Program-made: the position numbers and the translations under genes | In this document: positions 19,836 through 28,907 of the stretch, one piece after another | How positions within the stretch are numbered: position 1 is the stretch's first letter | How the letters are laid out: each line of letters starts with the position of its first letter | Notes under the pieces: generated by a model | Told to the model about the DNA's origin: nothing | Database searches by the model: none | What the model saw: the letters and a program-made list of their open reading frames with translations, nothing else | DNA from: a bacterium | GTDB taxonomy: Bacteria; UBA8248 | Assembly: GCA_965213625.1 (NCBI GenBank) | Contig: CBDBZU010000004.1 | Location: forward strand, 192,001-256,000 | Direction: 5' to 3' | Length of the DNA: 64,000 nucleotides

Positions 19836-20708
19836 CTAAAGAGCGGAGAAAAATTCCTCGTTTGGAGTAATGACCTCGACGGATTCCGTCTTTACGCCAA
19901 GTTCTAATTTCTTGAGCAACTCACATAGTTCAAGACCATCAATAAGGTCAATGGCCGGGGCACCGTCTCTAACCGCTTCTCGCTCCGCTTCTTTTGTGAA
20001 TCTTCCGGTGGTCATGAACAACCCCTTATCCGCGCGGCCAACCATCGCGCCCCTGAAATCTCGAATCGCGCCTGCGCCTACTGACTCTGTATATCTCTTG
20101 CATTGAAATCGTACATGAAACGAAAGGAGATTTACGCGCAAGACGCCAGCGCCATCTATGCCGCCATCGCCAGATTTTCCCGTCACCTCTACTTTCGTGA
20201 AACCGGACTCCCGAAGGATTCGCTGGCAGAGACGCTCAAAGGCATCAGGTTCAATGCTGCGAACAATATCGAGTAGCTTTTCTTGCCAACCCAATTCAGC
20301 TTCATCGATATCTTCTGCATCGTTGTTATCCCTTATTTGCACACCCTTAGCTTTTCGTTCACGCCGTTTCCTGTTTCGTTCTTCTCGATACTTACGAACG
20401 CGAGCGTGTAATTCACCTTCATCATGAATTTGGCGACCCTGTTCCGTAATCGTCCAAATACCCCTCGTGGTATTGTCAACCGCAAAGGTATACTTGAGAT
20501 GTGTACGCGCCCAGCCAAGACGATATTCAAATTCGGATTGAGTACCACCTTCTTTGTGTGGAAGTTCTAGGATTTCATCGGATAATTCCATATCGGACGC
20601 AATCTGCTCGGAAAGTTCCTGAATTGACGCGGAACCTCCTTTTGCTTTCAAAGCCTCAAGGGTTGGCCACAGCAAGTCATTATATTTTGGGATGTCGAGT
20701 TGCGTCAT
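19836..20708 (-). CDS. mrr: Mrr-family (type IV) restriction endonuclease
   Basis: Mrr N-terminal wHTH (EFEYRLGWARTHLK...RGIWTIT) and catalytic GDGGIDG...QCKRY; lower GC. Confidence 0.92.
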   Translation of the reverse strand: MTQLDIPKYNDLLWPTLEALKAKGGSASIQELSEQIASDMELSDEILELPHKEGGTQSEFEYRLGWARTHLKYTFAVDNTTRGIWTITEQGRQIHDEGELHARVRKYREERNRKRRERKAKGVQIRDNNDAEDIDEAELGWQEKLLDIVRSIEPDAFERLCQRILRESGFTKVEVTGKSGDGGIDGAGVLRVNLLSFHVRFQCKRYTESVGAGAIRDFRGAMVGRADKGLFMTTGRFTKEAEREAVRDGAPAIDLIDGLELCELLKKLELGVKTESVEVITPNEEFFSAL

Positions 20709-21168
20709 ACATGCTCCATTTCATTCGAGTTTAATCTTATGGGACGGGACAATCTTCTCCAAAGAGTTGGATCATATCGACGAACAAGGTCATGTTAAAT
20801 TCGATGAGAACACCAACGGTTTTGTTCTCTGGCGCAAGGATACGCGCAATGTGTTTGGTGTCAACAAAGGATACGTGCGAGGAATCTTTCCCGTCGATGA
20901 AGGTTGCCAGACTGCATGCAGCCTGTTCAACAACTGTTTTGCTATTCCACTATATGTGGTTGGTGGGGTTAAGCAACAGACGCAACGATATCAACGCAGA
21001 CGTTGCTCCAGGCGTAGCTGACCCCGCAATGGGCAATACCCTGGCTGTTTCAAGATTCAAAGAGGAAATAGAAAAGCTCTCGGAAAAACCGGACGAAGCA
21101 CAGCAAGAAACATGGACGAGTGAACGCAAATCAATGAATAGAGAAATTTGGTTTATTCTGGTCGGTTC

Positions 21169-21684
21169 GGGAGGGTGAAGTCCTAATCTTGCTGGAAAAT
21201 GAAGAGGGGTGCATCCTCGGCAGAGGAACCACGAAACCGTGCCGGTGAGCGCCGGCATCCAACCGGGGAGGCACCCCCTTGAGGAAGAGAATACAGGCAT
21301 CTATGCAGACACGCCAAGCCGCTTTCGGATCTGATCGAAGGCCGTCTGTCGAGTCCCGATGCGCGAGCCGACCTGGTGAAGATCGCCACACGACTCATCG
21401 TGGAGGAAGCGCTGGAGGCGGAGAGCCGCGACGCTCTCGGTCGGGAGTACTACGAGCATGGAGCGAAGCCCGGCCAGGGCTATCGTAACGGACACCGCCG
21501 GGGTCGTCTGAAGACAGCGGAAGGGTTCGTCGGGTGCGCGGCGCCTCAGATTGCCGGGCGCGAGTATGGGTTCCGCTCGGAGATCCGGGAGGGCCTCAAG
21601 GGGCGCACCGAGGCGCTCGAAAGGTTGGCGGTGGAGCTTCTGGCGCGCGGCCTGTCGGTGCGCGACATCGAAGACGTCTTCACC
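21169..21684 (+). mobile_element. IS256-family remnant (left end plus frameshifted, truncated transposase)
   Basis: GGGAGGGTGAAG end; ATRLIVEEALEAE...GYRNG...LARGLSVRDIEDVF. Confidence 0.75.
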
Positions 21685-21766
21685 CCCAGGCCGAGCGCCA
21701 CGCCGAGCACGCCGCCGACGACTGTCAGGATGACGGATTCGATCAGGAACTGGCTCCTTATGCTGG
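21681..21766 (-). pseudogene. Fragment of a MacB/FtsX-type ABC permease
   Basis: SIRSQFLIESVILTVVGGVLGVALGLGV. Confidence 0.5.
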
Positions 21767-22061
21767 CGAGCCACAGTCGGCGCATGGTACGGGGAGCGCC
21801 ACCCCGGACTCAATCTTGCCCCCAAGCAAACGGGCCACTGGAGGTAGCCTTGTATCTTTACGCCCCGTCGGCCCGCCCGGCGGTTCTTGCGCCAGTTCCG
21901 AACCGGTCGGGAATACGGGCAAATCGATGCTTCTGATTTAGCACTCGACATGTAGTGCGAAGCGCACTACGTTACCCTTTGAAATCTCAACTTGAAACCA
22001 TGAATGGAGAGGCCCCGGCGGCAACCGAGACCTCCCCCGGAAAATGCAAAGGGAGTATTCC

Positions 22062-23573
22062 ATGCTCAAAAATCGCTTCTATGTGCTTGCTCTATGTGTT
22101 TTCCTCGTTGCGTGCGGTGGTGGAGGTGGTTCGAGTTCAACGCATATGCCGCCTTCCATTGTTCCCGATCATCTTCCCTTCCCGTTCCGGGGGCGTAGTA
22201 ATCAGCATTACGACACTTCCATGATTCCAAAGAAAACTTCATCTGATGCTCGACATATGCCCATCTACCATGACGGAACTTATGATGCGCAAGGTGGATA
22301 CCCGACAAGCCCTGAGGCTCGTGAGCGCAGGTTGTTTGTCGGTATCGACCAAGGCGAGAGCGTCGCAAGGTTGCCGATTGTGAGAAATCGCGGCGATGTA
22401 GAGGTAAGGCATGGGAGATTAAACGATGGTATGGGGAGCGATGTAGTGGTTGATTACATCAGCGGCTCCATTGATCCACCTCAGTTTCTAAGGTCAGGCT
22501 CACGCTACAATACAAGCCCTGCAGTGCGACTGATTGGGCCAGCCGACGGACGCGATTTGGATATCGTCATCGCTGCAGTTCAGGTGGTAAACGCTGCGCT
22601 ACCAGAATCGGCGAAGATGCGCGTGGGCCCATCATTACCGAATTTCAGTTTACGGCATACCGTGAATAGCGGAGGGCGTTACTTCACGTCAGGTGAGGAG
22701 CGAGACAATACTATCCATATCGAGTTCCTTCAGGCAGGTGAATACTTCGGCCACGGCAATTCAGGCGCTACCACGTGGAGCAATTTCTCTGGAAGCAGGG
22801 TCAGGAACTCATACATCCAATTTGACAAGGGAGCACCCGTTTATCAGGACTCTACAGACCGGCGTTCCGTTATCCTTATGGCGCATGAAATAATCCACGC
22901 GCTTGGTTTCTATGGCGGAGGTCACGTCTCGCCTGAATTTGACACAATAATGGAAGCAACGAACAATATCTATTCAATCGCGCAGGGCAAACCGCAGCCA
23001 ATGTCGATTCTCTATCCCGTGGATCGTGAAGCCCTGCAAGCCTACTATCGACACCTTGGAAACGGATTGCGCCCAGAATCACTCGGCCCATGGACAAGCA
23101 CGTCCATTCACATACATGGCAACGGCCCACACGCGGGCTTTGGTGTCGCATTGAGAAACGGCTACGCTGAGCCGTGGGCTTACGGCTATATGCCAGATAC
23201 CGACCTTGCTGCAAACCGCTCACTTTCCGGCTCTGTCAGTTGGATAGGCACAATTCTCGGCCTTACGCCCAATGCGGCTTCTGTCGCGGGAGACGCCGAA
23301 ATAGGCGTGAATCTTGGAACTTTGACTGGCTATGCTGATTTCAGGAACCTCGAAACGTGGGGCAACGGGCTTGCCCCTGGGGAAACCGGAACCGGGACGC
23401 AGTGGCTCGACGGCGACCTCGGTTATTCTATCGCCGTGCGCGGCAACACATTCAAACAGACTGTCGGAGATGAGGGAATCATCACCGGGATATTTGTGGG
23501 CCGAAGCCATGAAGGCGCGGCAGGAACGCTTGAGCGCCAAGACCTTACTGCGGCATTTGGCGCATCAAGGTAG
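22062..23573 (+). CDS. Lipoprotein with zincin HExxH domain and C-terminal TbpB-like barrel
   Basis: Lipobox FLVAC-GGGGG; MAHEIIHALG; ends GAAGTLERQDLTAAFGASR; paralog at 61228-62634. Confidence 0.75.
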   Translation: MLKNRFYVLALCVFLVACGGGGGSSSTHMPPSIVPDHLPFPFRGRSNQHYDTSMIPKKTSSDARHMPIYHDGTYDAQGGYPTSPEARERRLFVGIDQGESVARLPIVRNRGDVEVRHGRLNDGMGSDVVVDYISGSIDPPQFLRSGSRYNTSPAVRLIGPADGRDLDIVIAAVQVVNAALPESAKMRVGPSLPNFSLRHTVNSGGRYFTSGEERDNTIHIEFLQAGEYFGHGNSGATTWSNFSGSRVRNSYIQFDKGAPVYQDSTDRRSVILMAHEIIHALGFYGGGHVSPEFDTIMEATNNIYSIAQGKPQPMSILYPVDREALQAYYRHLGNGLRPESLGPWTSTSIHIHGNGPHAGFGVALRNGYAEPWAYGYMPDTDLAANRSLSGSVSWIGTILGLTPNAASVAGDAEIGVNLGTLTGYADFRNLETWGNGLAPGETGTGTQWLDGDLGYSIAVRGNTFKQTVGDEGIITGIFVGRSHEGAAGTLERQDLTAAFGASR

Positions 23574-23585
23574 TTCAACTATTTC

Positions 23586-23621
23586 TTCAACGAGCGTGTT
23601 ACGATTGAGATAGTTGACTAG
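23586..23621 (+). pseudogene. Last 11 codons of an ADP-ribosyltransferase gene (variant 1)
   Basis: FNERVTIEIVD* aligns with FAERVIIEVVE* of 24393-24905 and precedes a paralogous small gene. Confidence 0.55.
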
Positions 23622-23630
23622 GAGAATATT

Positions 23631-23831
23631 ATGGCTAAAGAAGATGTGTATAACCGATGGAATACGCCAGGTCCATTCATGCAAGACGAGGACCTTACGC
23701 CAGAACAGATAAGGAAATCTGATCTTATGATGAAAGCCACGAAGTTGGCGTACGAAGGAGATTATACCTTGGGGGTAGAGGTTGGTATTTTTCCTAAGTC
23801 AGCATTGAAGAGAAACAAAAAATCAAATTAG
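23631..23831 (+). CDS. 66-aa putative immunity protein A
   Basis: AGGAG SD; paralog of 24924-25112 (NRWN/NRFN, GPF, LTPEQI, GD..LGVE.G.F); immediately follows an ART 3' end. Confidence 0.65.
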   Translation: MAKEDVYNRWNTPGPFMQDEDLTPEQIRKSDLMMKATKLAYEGDYTLGVEVGIFPKSALKRNKKSN

Positions 23832-24296
23832 CAGCGCTGCTAATTTGCCAGTCTTTACGCCCCCGTTTCAATATGCAATTATCCTCCCGCTATGTTTGAC
23901 CGGATGAAGGAATACATACAGCGAGCCTACAAGGGCATCGGCACGGGAACGGGAGGCGCACGCCCTATGGGTGGCCTCTCGAACGCCATGTCCGGTCTTG
24001 GCGGTCCTGCGGATAAAGCAAGAAATACTTTCTTCAAACCTACGCATATCTACTGGCGCAATCCTCTTGAAATTCTGTACGTCCAGTCATGGGCCGCAAA
24101 GAAAGCAATCGACATTCCGGTTGATGATGCTTTCCTTAAATGGCGCACGTGGTCGGACGAAGATGATACAGGCTCTGCCGAGAAGATAGAAGATGCGGAG
24201 AATAAGCATAAGGTGCAGGAAGCGCTTAGGATGACGATGAAGCAGGCGTCGGCATACGGAACGGGATGCCTGCTCATTATGTCTACCGAGGCACCG
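23823..24296 (+). repeat. Diverged direct repeat, copy 1 (palindrome plus portal-gene 5' part); copy 2 at 25114-25587
   Basis: Near-identical sequence starting TCAAATTAGCAG..CTGCTAATTT. Copy 1 has a perfect 24-bp palindrome at 23824-23847. Confidence 0.9.
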
Positions 24297-24329
24297 CAAC
24301 AAACGCTACAGAAAGCGAGGTCATCCTAA
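23892..24329 (+). pseudogene. N-terminal fragment of a DUF1073/HI1409-type phage portal protein (copy 1)
   Basis: LSNAMSGLGG.ADK...LYVQSWAAKKAIDIPVDDAFLKWR. Similarity to copy 2 stops at STEAP (~24296). Confidence 0.65.
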
Positions 24330-24433
24330 CGCCCGATACAAAATATAGGGTTTTGAAAATAGTTAAGGTGGCCAAGGACAAAATAAGTCATTATGGATTC
24401 GCAGAACGTATTATACTTGAGGCACTTGAATGA
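24299..24433 (+). pseudogene. C-terminal 44 codons of an ADP-ribosyltransferase (variant 2, E-x-E motif)
   Basis: TNATESEVILTPDTKYRVLKIVKVAKDKISHYGFAERIILEALE* aligns with the tail of 24393-24905. Confidence 0.8.
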
Positions 24434-24905
24434 TCAACGAAAACGAAATAAGGGTTTGTCTCAATACACGTGGGGTGAAAAAATCGCTAATGATACGCAT
24501 GAACAATTGAATGGATCACTTCGAAATAATAAGAAATTAACTGGACGACTTAAGGACATAAACGATAGTTTGTATGAACTTGCAAAGCCACTTAATAAAG
24601 AAATGAGATTATTTAGAGGGGAAGTGGAATTAACTGATATTGAAGTGGGGAAATTACACTCCTTGGACCAGTGGACTTCAACATCAACGTCACCCAGCAT
24701 GGCCCGATCTTCTGCGGATAATGGAAGGATTTATGATATAGTTACGGAGAAAAATACAAAAGGAATAATCACAAATGCTGCTCAAATGGAGGTCATTTTA
24801 AGACCCGATACAAAATATAGAGTCTTGGAAATACAAAAGGTGCCTAAAGATAAAATAAATCGCTATGGATTTGCGGAACGTGTTATAATTGAAGTAGTTG
24901 AGTGA
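24393..24905 (+). CDS. VIP2/C3-like (R-S-E) ADP-ribosyltransferase domain, probably N-truncated (variant 3, Q-x-E motif)
   Basis: YT...LNGSLR, RLFRG, WTSTSTS, QMEVIL. The ATG lies inside variant 2 in another frame. AT-rich. Confidence 0.8.
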   Translation: MDSQNVLYLRHLNDQRKRNKGLSQYTWGEKIANDTHEQLNGSLRNNKKLTGRLKDINDSLYELAKPLNKEMRLFRGEVELTDIEVGKLHSLDQWTSTSTSPSMARSSADNGRIYDIVTEKNTKGIITNAAQMEVILRPDTKYRVLEIQKVPKDKINRYGFAERVIIEVVE

Positions 24906-24923
24906 ATATAAAAAGAGATAGAT

Positions 24924-25112
24924 ATGAGCGATAAAGGAACAAATAGGTTCAATAATTCCGGTCCATTCTTGCAAAGGAGAGGCTTGACGCCAGAGCAGAT
25001 AAAAGGAGTTAAGCTTCAAAATAAAGCATTCGATCTAGCGGATAAGGGAGATTTCAGGCTTGGGGTAGAGCTTGGACTTTTCCGTGAATCAAGACTAGAG
25101 AAAAATGATTAG
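24924..25112 (+). CDS. 62-aa putative immunity protein B
   Basis: Directly follows the ART stop; paralog of 23631-23831. Confidence 0.65.
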   Translation: MSDKGTNRFNNSGPFLQRRGLTPEQIKGVKLQNKAFDLADKGDFRLGVELGLFRESRLEKND

Positions 25113-25182
25113 TTCAAATTAGCAGTTCTGCTAATTTACCCATCGTTACGCCCCCGTTTCAATATGCAATCATCCTCCTGCT

Positions 25183-25680
25183 ATGTTTGATCGAATGAAG
25201 GAATACATACAGCGGGCCTACAAGGGCATCGGCACGGGAACGGGAGGCGCACGCCCTATGGGTGGCCTCTCAAACGCCATGTCCGGTCTTGGCGGTCCTG
25301 CGGATAAAGCGCGAAATACTTTCTTCAAACCTACACATATCTACTGGCGCAATCCTCTCGAGATTATGTAAGTCCAGTCATGGGCTGCCAAGAAAGCAAT
25401 CGACATTCCGGTGGATGACGCATTCCTGAAATGGCGTGTCTGGTCGGATGAAGAGGATACCGGTTCTGCCGAGAAGATGGAAGATGCGGAGAATAAGCAC
25501 AACATCCAGGAAGCGCTTGCTATGGGCATGAAGCAGGCGTCGGCGTATGGGACGGGATGCCTGCTTATGATGTCCACCGAAGCACCGCTTACCGAGCCGT
25601 TGGAAATCGACCGCATCAAGTCTGGCGATCTCAAATCACCTCAAAGGTACGACAAGTTCGATATGAGCGTCATTGATTAG
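25183..25680 (+). pseudogene. DUF1073-type portal fragment (copy 2) with a TAC->TAA nonsense codon at 25369-25371
   Basis: Same frame as copy 1 across the stop; truncated after YDKFDMSVID. Confidence 0.7.
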
Positions 25681-25789
25681 GGGATTATGCAGGAAAGTGC
25701 CAGCGGGGCTATTCGTTGGTGAAATCCACCTTGATGCGCTTTCCCCGGCCGGTGCGCGCGTCTCAATCTCTCGTGCGTTCCGCCCGTTG

Positions 25790-26080
25790 ACCTCCTGGTC
25801 GTAGAGCTTGAGCTTGAAGACCTCCGGGTCTTCTTCCTCGCTGTCGTCGATCGTGTCCACATAGACCTTCTGCTCCTTGACCCCCGAGTTGAAGGTCACG
25901 GTTCCGGTGGTCTCTTCGTAATCCTCGCCCTTCACGGCCGCGCCGTCTTGCGTCTTGTACTTGTAGCGCACCGCCCAGCCGTTCAGCGCCGCCCCGAGCT
26001 TGACCGTGAACTCCATCGTGTCGCCCTCGGTTGCGCCGGCGTCCGCGCCAAGCGCGGCGCACACCGCCAGCACAACACTT
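25790..26080 (-). pseudogene. Calx-beta domain gene fragment
   Basis: ATEGDTMEFTVKL...YKTQDGAAVKGEDYEETTGTVTF...IDDSEEEDPEVFKLKL; fused to the IS1182 3' end. Confidence 0.65.
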
Positions 26081-27396
26081 TCGAGACCGCGCAGGAGGAA
26101 CTGCCGGAAGCCCATCGCCCGCTTGACGATGCCGAACACCGGCTCCACCGTCTGGCGGCGCAGGCGATAACGGGCGCGCTCTTCAGGCAGCGCCATCTTC
26201 GCGCGCATCGCCGCATTCCACTCCGCCCGAACCGCCGGACCCGGCCGGGGCGCCACCGGGGGCCGGAAGTCGTGCCGACGGCGTCGCCCTTCGGCTTCCG
26301 TGGACACCAGCACCTCGGTACCCCGTCCCTCGAGTTCTTCCACCTCGCTGCCCGTCGCGTAGCCGCTGTCCGCCAGAACCCCGCGCCGGAGCGCCAACCC
26401 CAGGCGGGACCGCGTCCACTTCCGCCAACAATTTCCGGCGGTCGCTCGCGTTGTTGCTCACCTGCGCACCCAACACCAACTGGCTGCCCTCGGCATCCAC
26501 CACCGCCTGCGTGTTGTACGCCTGACGGTACTCGTGCCGCTTACTCTTGCGCATCAAGGCGCTGTCCCCATCCGTCAGGTTGATCTGCCGCCCCTCTTCG
26601 GGCTCCTCACGCGGAGGCTTGATGCGCGGACCCTTGCTCCGGCCCCTACGACGCTCCCGAGACGCCACCTTGCGATCATGTTCCGCCCGACCCGCATCGG
26701 CCGCCGTTTTCGCCCGGCGCTCCAACTCCGCGCACGCCTCGTCCAGCTTCGATTTCAACTCTTCGCGCCGCGCCAACTCCTCTGGCAGCGCCTGCGGGTC
26801 CGCCACCTCCTGCGCATCTTCGCTCTCCGCCCGCTCCTGCAACTCCTCGATCTCTGCGCGCAATTGCTCCCGCAACGCCTGCGCACGGTCATACCGGATG
26901 TTTTTGTGATTGTTCGCGTCCACACTCACCATCCCGACTCGCAACAGCTTCAACTCCTTCGCCAACAGCAGAACCTGCTCGAACGTCTCCGCTACTGCCT
27001 TGAAGTTCTTCCGGCGGAACGCTCAGATCGTGTCGTGGTCCGGGTGAGTGTTCGACGCCACGTACCGTACCCCGATATCACGGTACGTCGCGCGCTCGAT
27101 ACGCCGCGAACCGAATATCCCGTTCGCATAGCAGTAAATCAGTAGCGCAAGCATCGTCCGGGGGTGGTACTGCACCGAAACCGTGCCGCGCTCGTTCACA
27201 CGGAATGCCCCCAGAGGGACACGTTCCACCGCCTCCACTACAAAGTGCGCCAGATCGTCCTCCGGAAGCCAATCCCGCATGTCCACAGGCAGCAGATACA
27301 ACTGCGACTGATCTCTTTCCACAAACTTCGCCACCCCAAGACCCTCCATAGATATATGGAGGATTATAAAAGACAGGGTCTAAGTCCGACAGGCTG
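26081..27396 (-). mobile_element. IS1182-family element with an inactivated transposase
   Basis: LLPVDMRDWLPEDDLAHFV, YHPRTMLALLIYCYANGIFGSRRIE, HPDHDTI*, NLTDGDS, ADSGY, YRLRRQTVEPVFGIVK; contains stops, frameshifts and a deletion of the usual GTK motif; end CAGCCTGTCGGACTTAG. Confidence 0.85.
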
Positions 27397-27399
27397 TTG

Positions 27400-27525
27400 A
27401 TGCGGTTGTTTCTCGATGAGGAGTTACTGTCCCCTAAGATTGTTCAGGCTCTGAACGCCGAGGGGATTCATGTTGCTCTGCATCCGCGCGACTTCGGTGG
27501 GTTGGGGGCATCAGCTCTTATATAA
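27400..27525 (+). pseudogene. Truncated DUF5615 (PIN-like) gene
   Basis: MRLFLDEELLSPKIVQALNAEGIHVALHPRDFGGLGA... Confidence 0.5.
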
Positions 27526-28112
27526 GATGAAAGTCGATGTCGATACGCCGCCTATGCAGCGCAAGTGCTTAAAGATTCTGCCGATTTGTATAGGGGCGAT
27601 CGCTTTGGGCTGGTTCAGTAATGTTCTCACAGGATACCGAACTCCCGCAGTTCTGGGGCTGCCATCACGGCCCGGATAACGATTACGCGGTTGCCCGCGA
27701 CAGGCGCACCCTTGGATACGCAGGCGTTGTAACGAATCCGCTTGCGGTTTGATTACGGGTTATGGAGGGTGGATCTCGGAGACTCGGTGAAAGAAAATGA
27801 TATCAATATGTTAGATGGATATGTGTCCAATCGAAACGAGTGGATGCACCTGATTTACCGAATAACCCCGTGTATTTATCGAATTTTTCAGAAATTCCAT
27901 ATCTCTGGATGAAGCGACCGGCTCCGCCATCATACCCGCTCTCTCCCCCGCTCCCGCCACCGCAGCTGCGGGCAAATGCGCGCGCCCGCCTTGTGGAAAC
28001 CGAAGCCGGACTCCCCACCGAGTGGAAATCGCATCGCACGCAAACCGCTCAGGATACGCCCGCCCGCCTCTTCTCCCGCGACGGCAAATGCGGGCAAATG
28101 CGACGGATGAAA

Positions 28113-28324
28113 GGGTTGTTGAGAAAGTACAACAAAGGAGTCTTGCAGGTTTTGTAGCGGACAGGCCCCTGCGCCTGTCTGGGGCCTCCGTGCCTGTCCT
28201 GATTGTAACCATCCTGCAAAAGGACAACCACGGAGGGTTGTCCCTACACCCCCGCGCGTCGAACCCTCTCTCCCCAGTCGGCTCCATACGCCGAATTTCG
28301 AATTTGAGGCATTTTCAACAGCCC
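28113..28324. repeat. MITE-like element: outer GGGYTGTTGA(A/G)AAA...TTTTCAACAGCCC ends around a GTAG-type REP doublet
   Basis: REP core 28154-28247 is nearly the reverse complement of 61011-61104; an extra right end lies at 28382-28397. Confidence 0.7.
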
Positions 28325-28907
28325 CCTCAAGGGGGAGTGACCTTCAAAAGCATTCGCGCTATCCAAATTCGCTTGCCGGGACTTTTTCAACAGCCCCTGA
28401 ATGGGTCGCCTTTCCCTCACCCTGAGTAGCGGCGAAGAGGTCTCTTCCAACAACCCTCATTCGGGTCGTTGCCGTACTTTCCGTAAGAACGCAGGGGTTC
28501 CCCCACCTGCGGCTCGGCATTTTCATTCTCCCGCAGGCCGTAGCGGCAACAGGCCCCGGCGCCCGCCCCTCGTCTTCCCCCGGAGGGTGTCGGCGGGGCC
28601 GATTCAATTCTCTTGACACGCAATCGTCCATGCCACAAGCTGTACATGCGACACATTATCACGGGTATGGGAATGCGTTGGGGCTCCCCCTCGTCCGGGG
28701 TCCGTACCGTCTGGACAAATTCCCTTCATTCCATATACCGGCCCGCGCGCCGACGGGCGCGCGGCGGCGCAGCTTGCGGCTCGCGTGCGAGCGCAGGCCG
28801 GGTCCGCGCGTGCGGAATGCGCCCTGGCGCGGACTTCTCCCGTGATACCGATCATCGCGAGGAATGGAACGGTTCTTTTGTAAGTCCAGGAATACGGGGG
28901 TAGCGAA

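Noticed and set aside
23586-24905. Diversity-generating retroelement TR/VR pair among the ART tails
   Set aside because: No reverse transcriptase in the window, and the differences are not confined to adenines.
25636-26397. 253-aa transposase-Calx-beta fusion ORF
   Set aside because: Chance in-frame junction of an IS1182 3' remnant with a Calx-beta fragment; no credible start.
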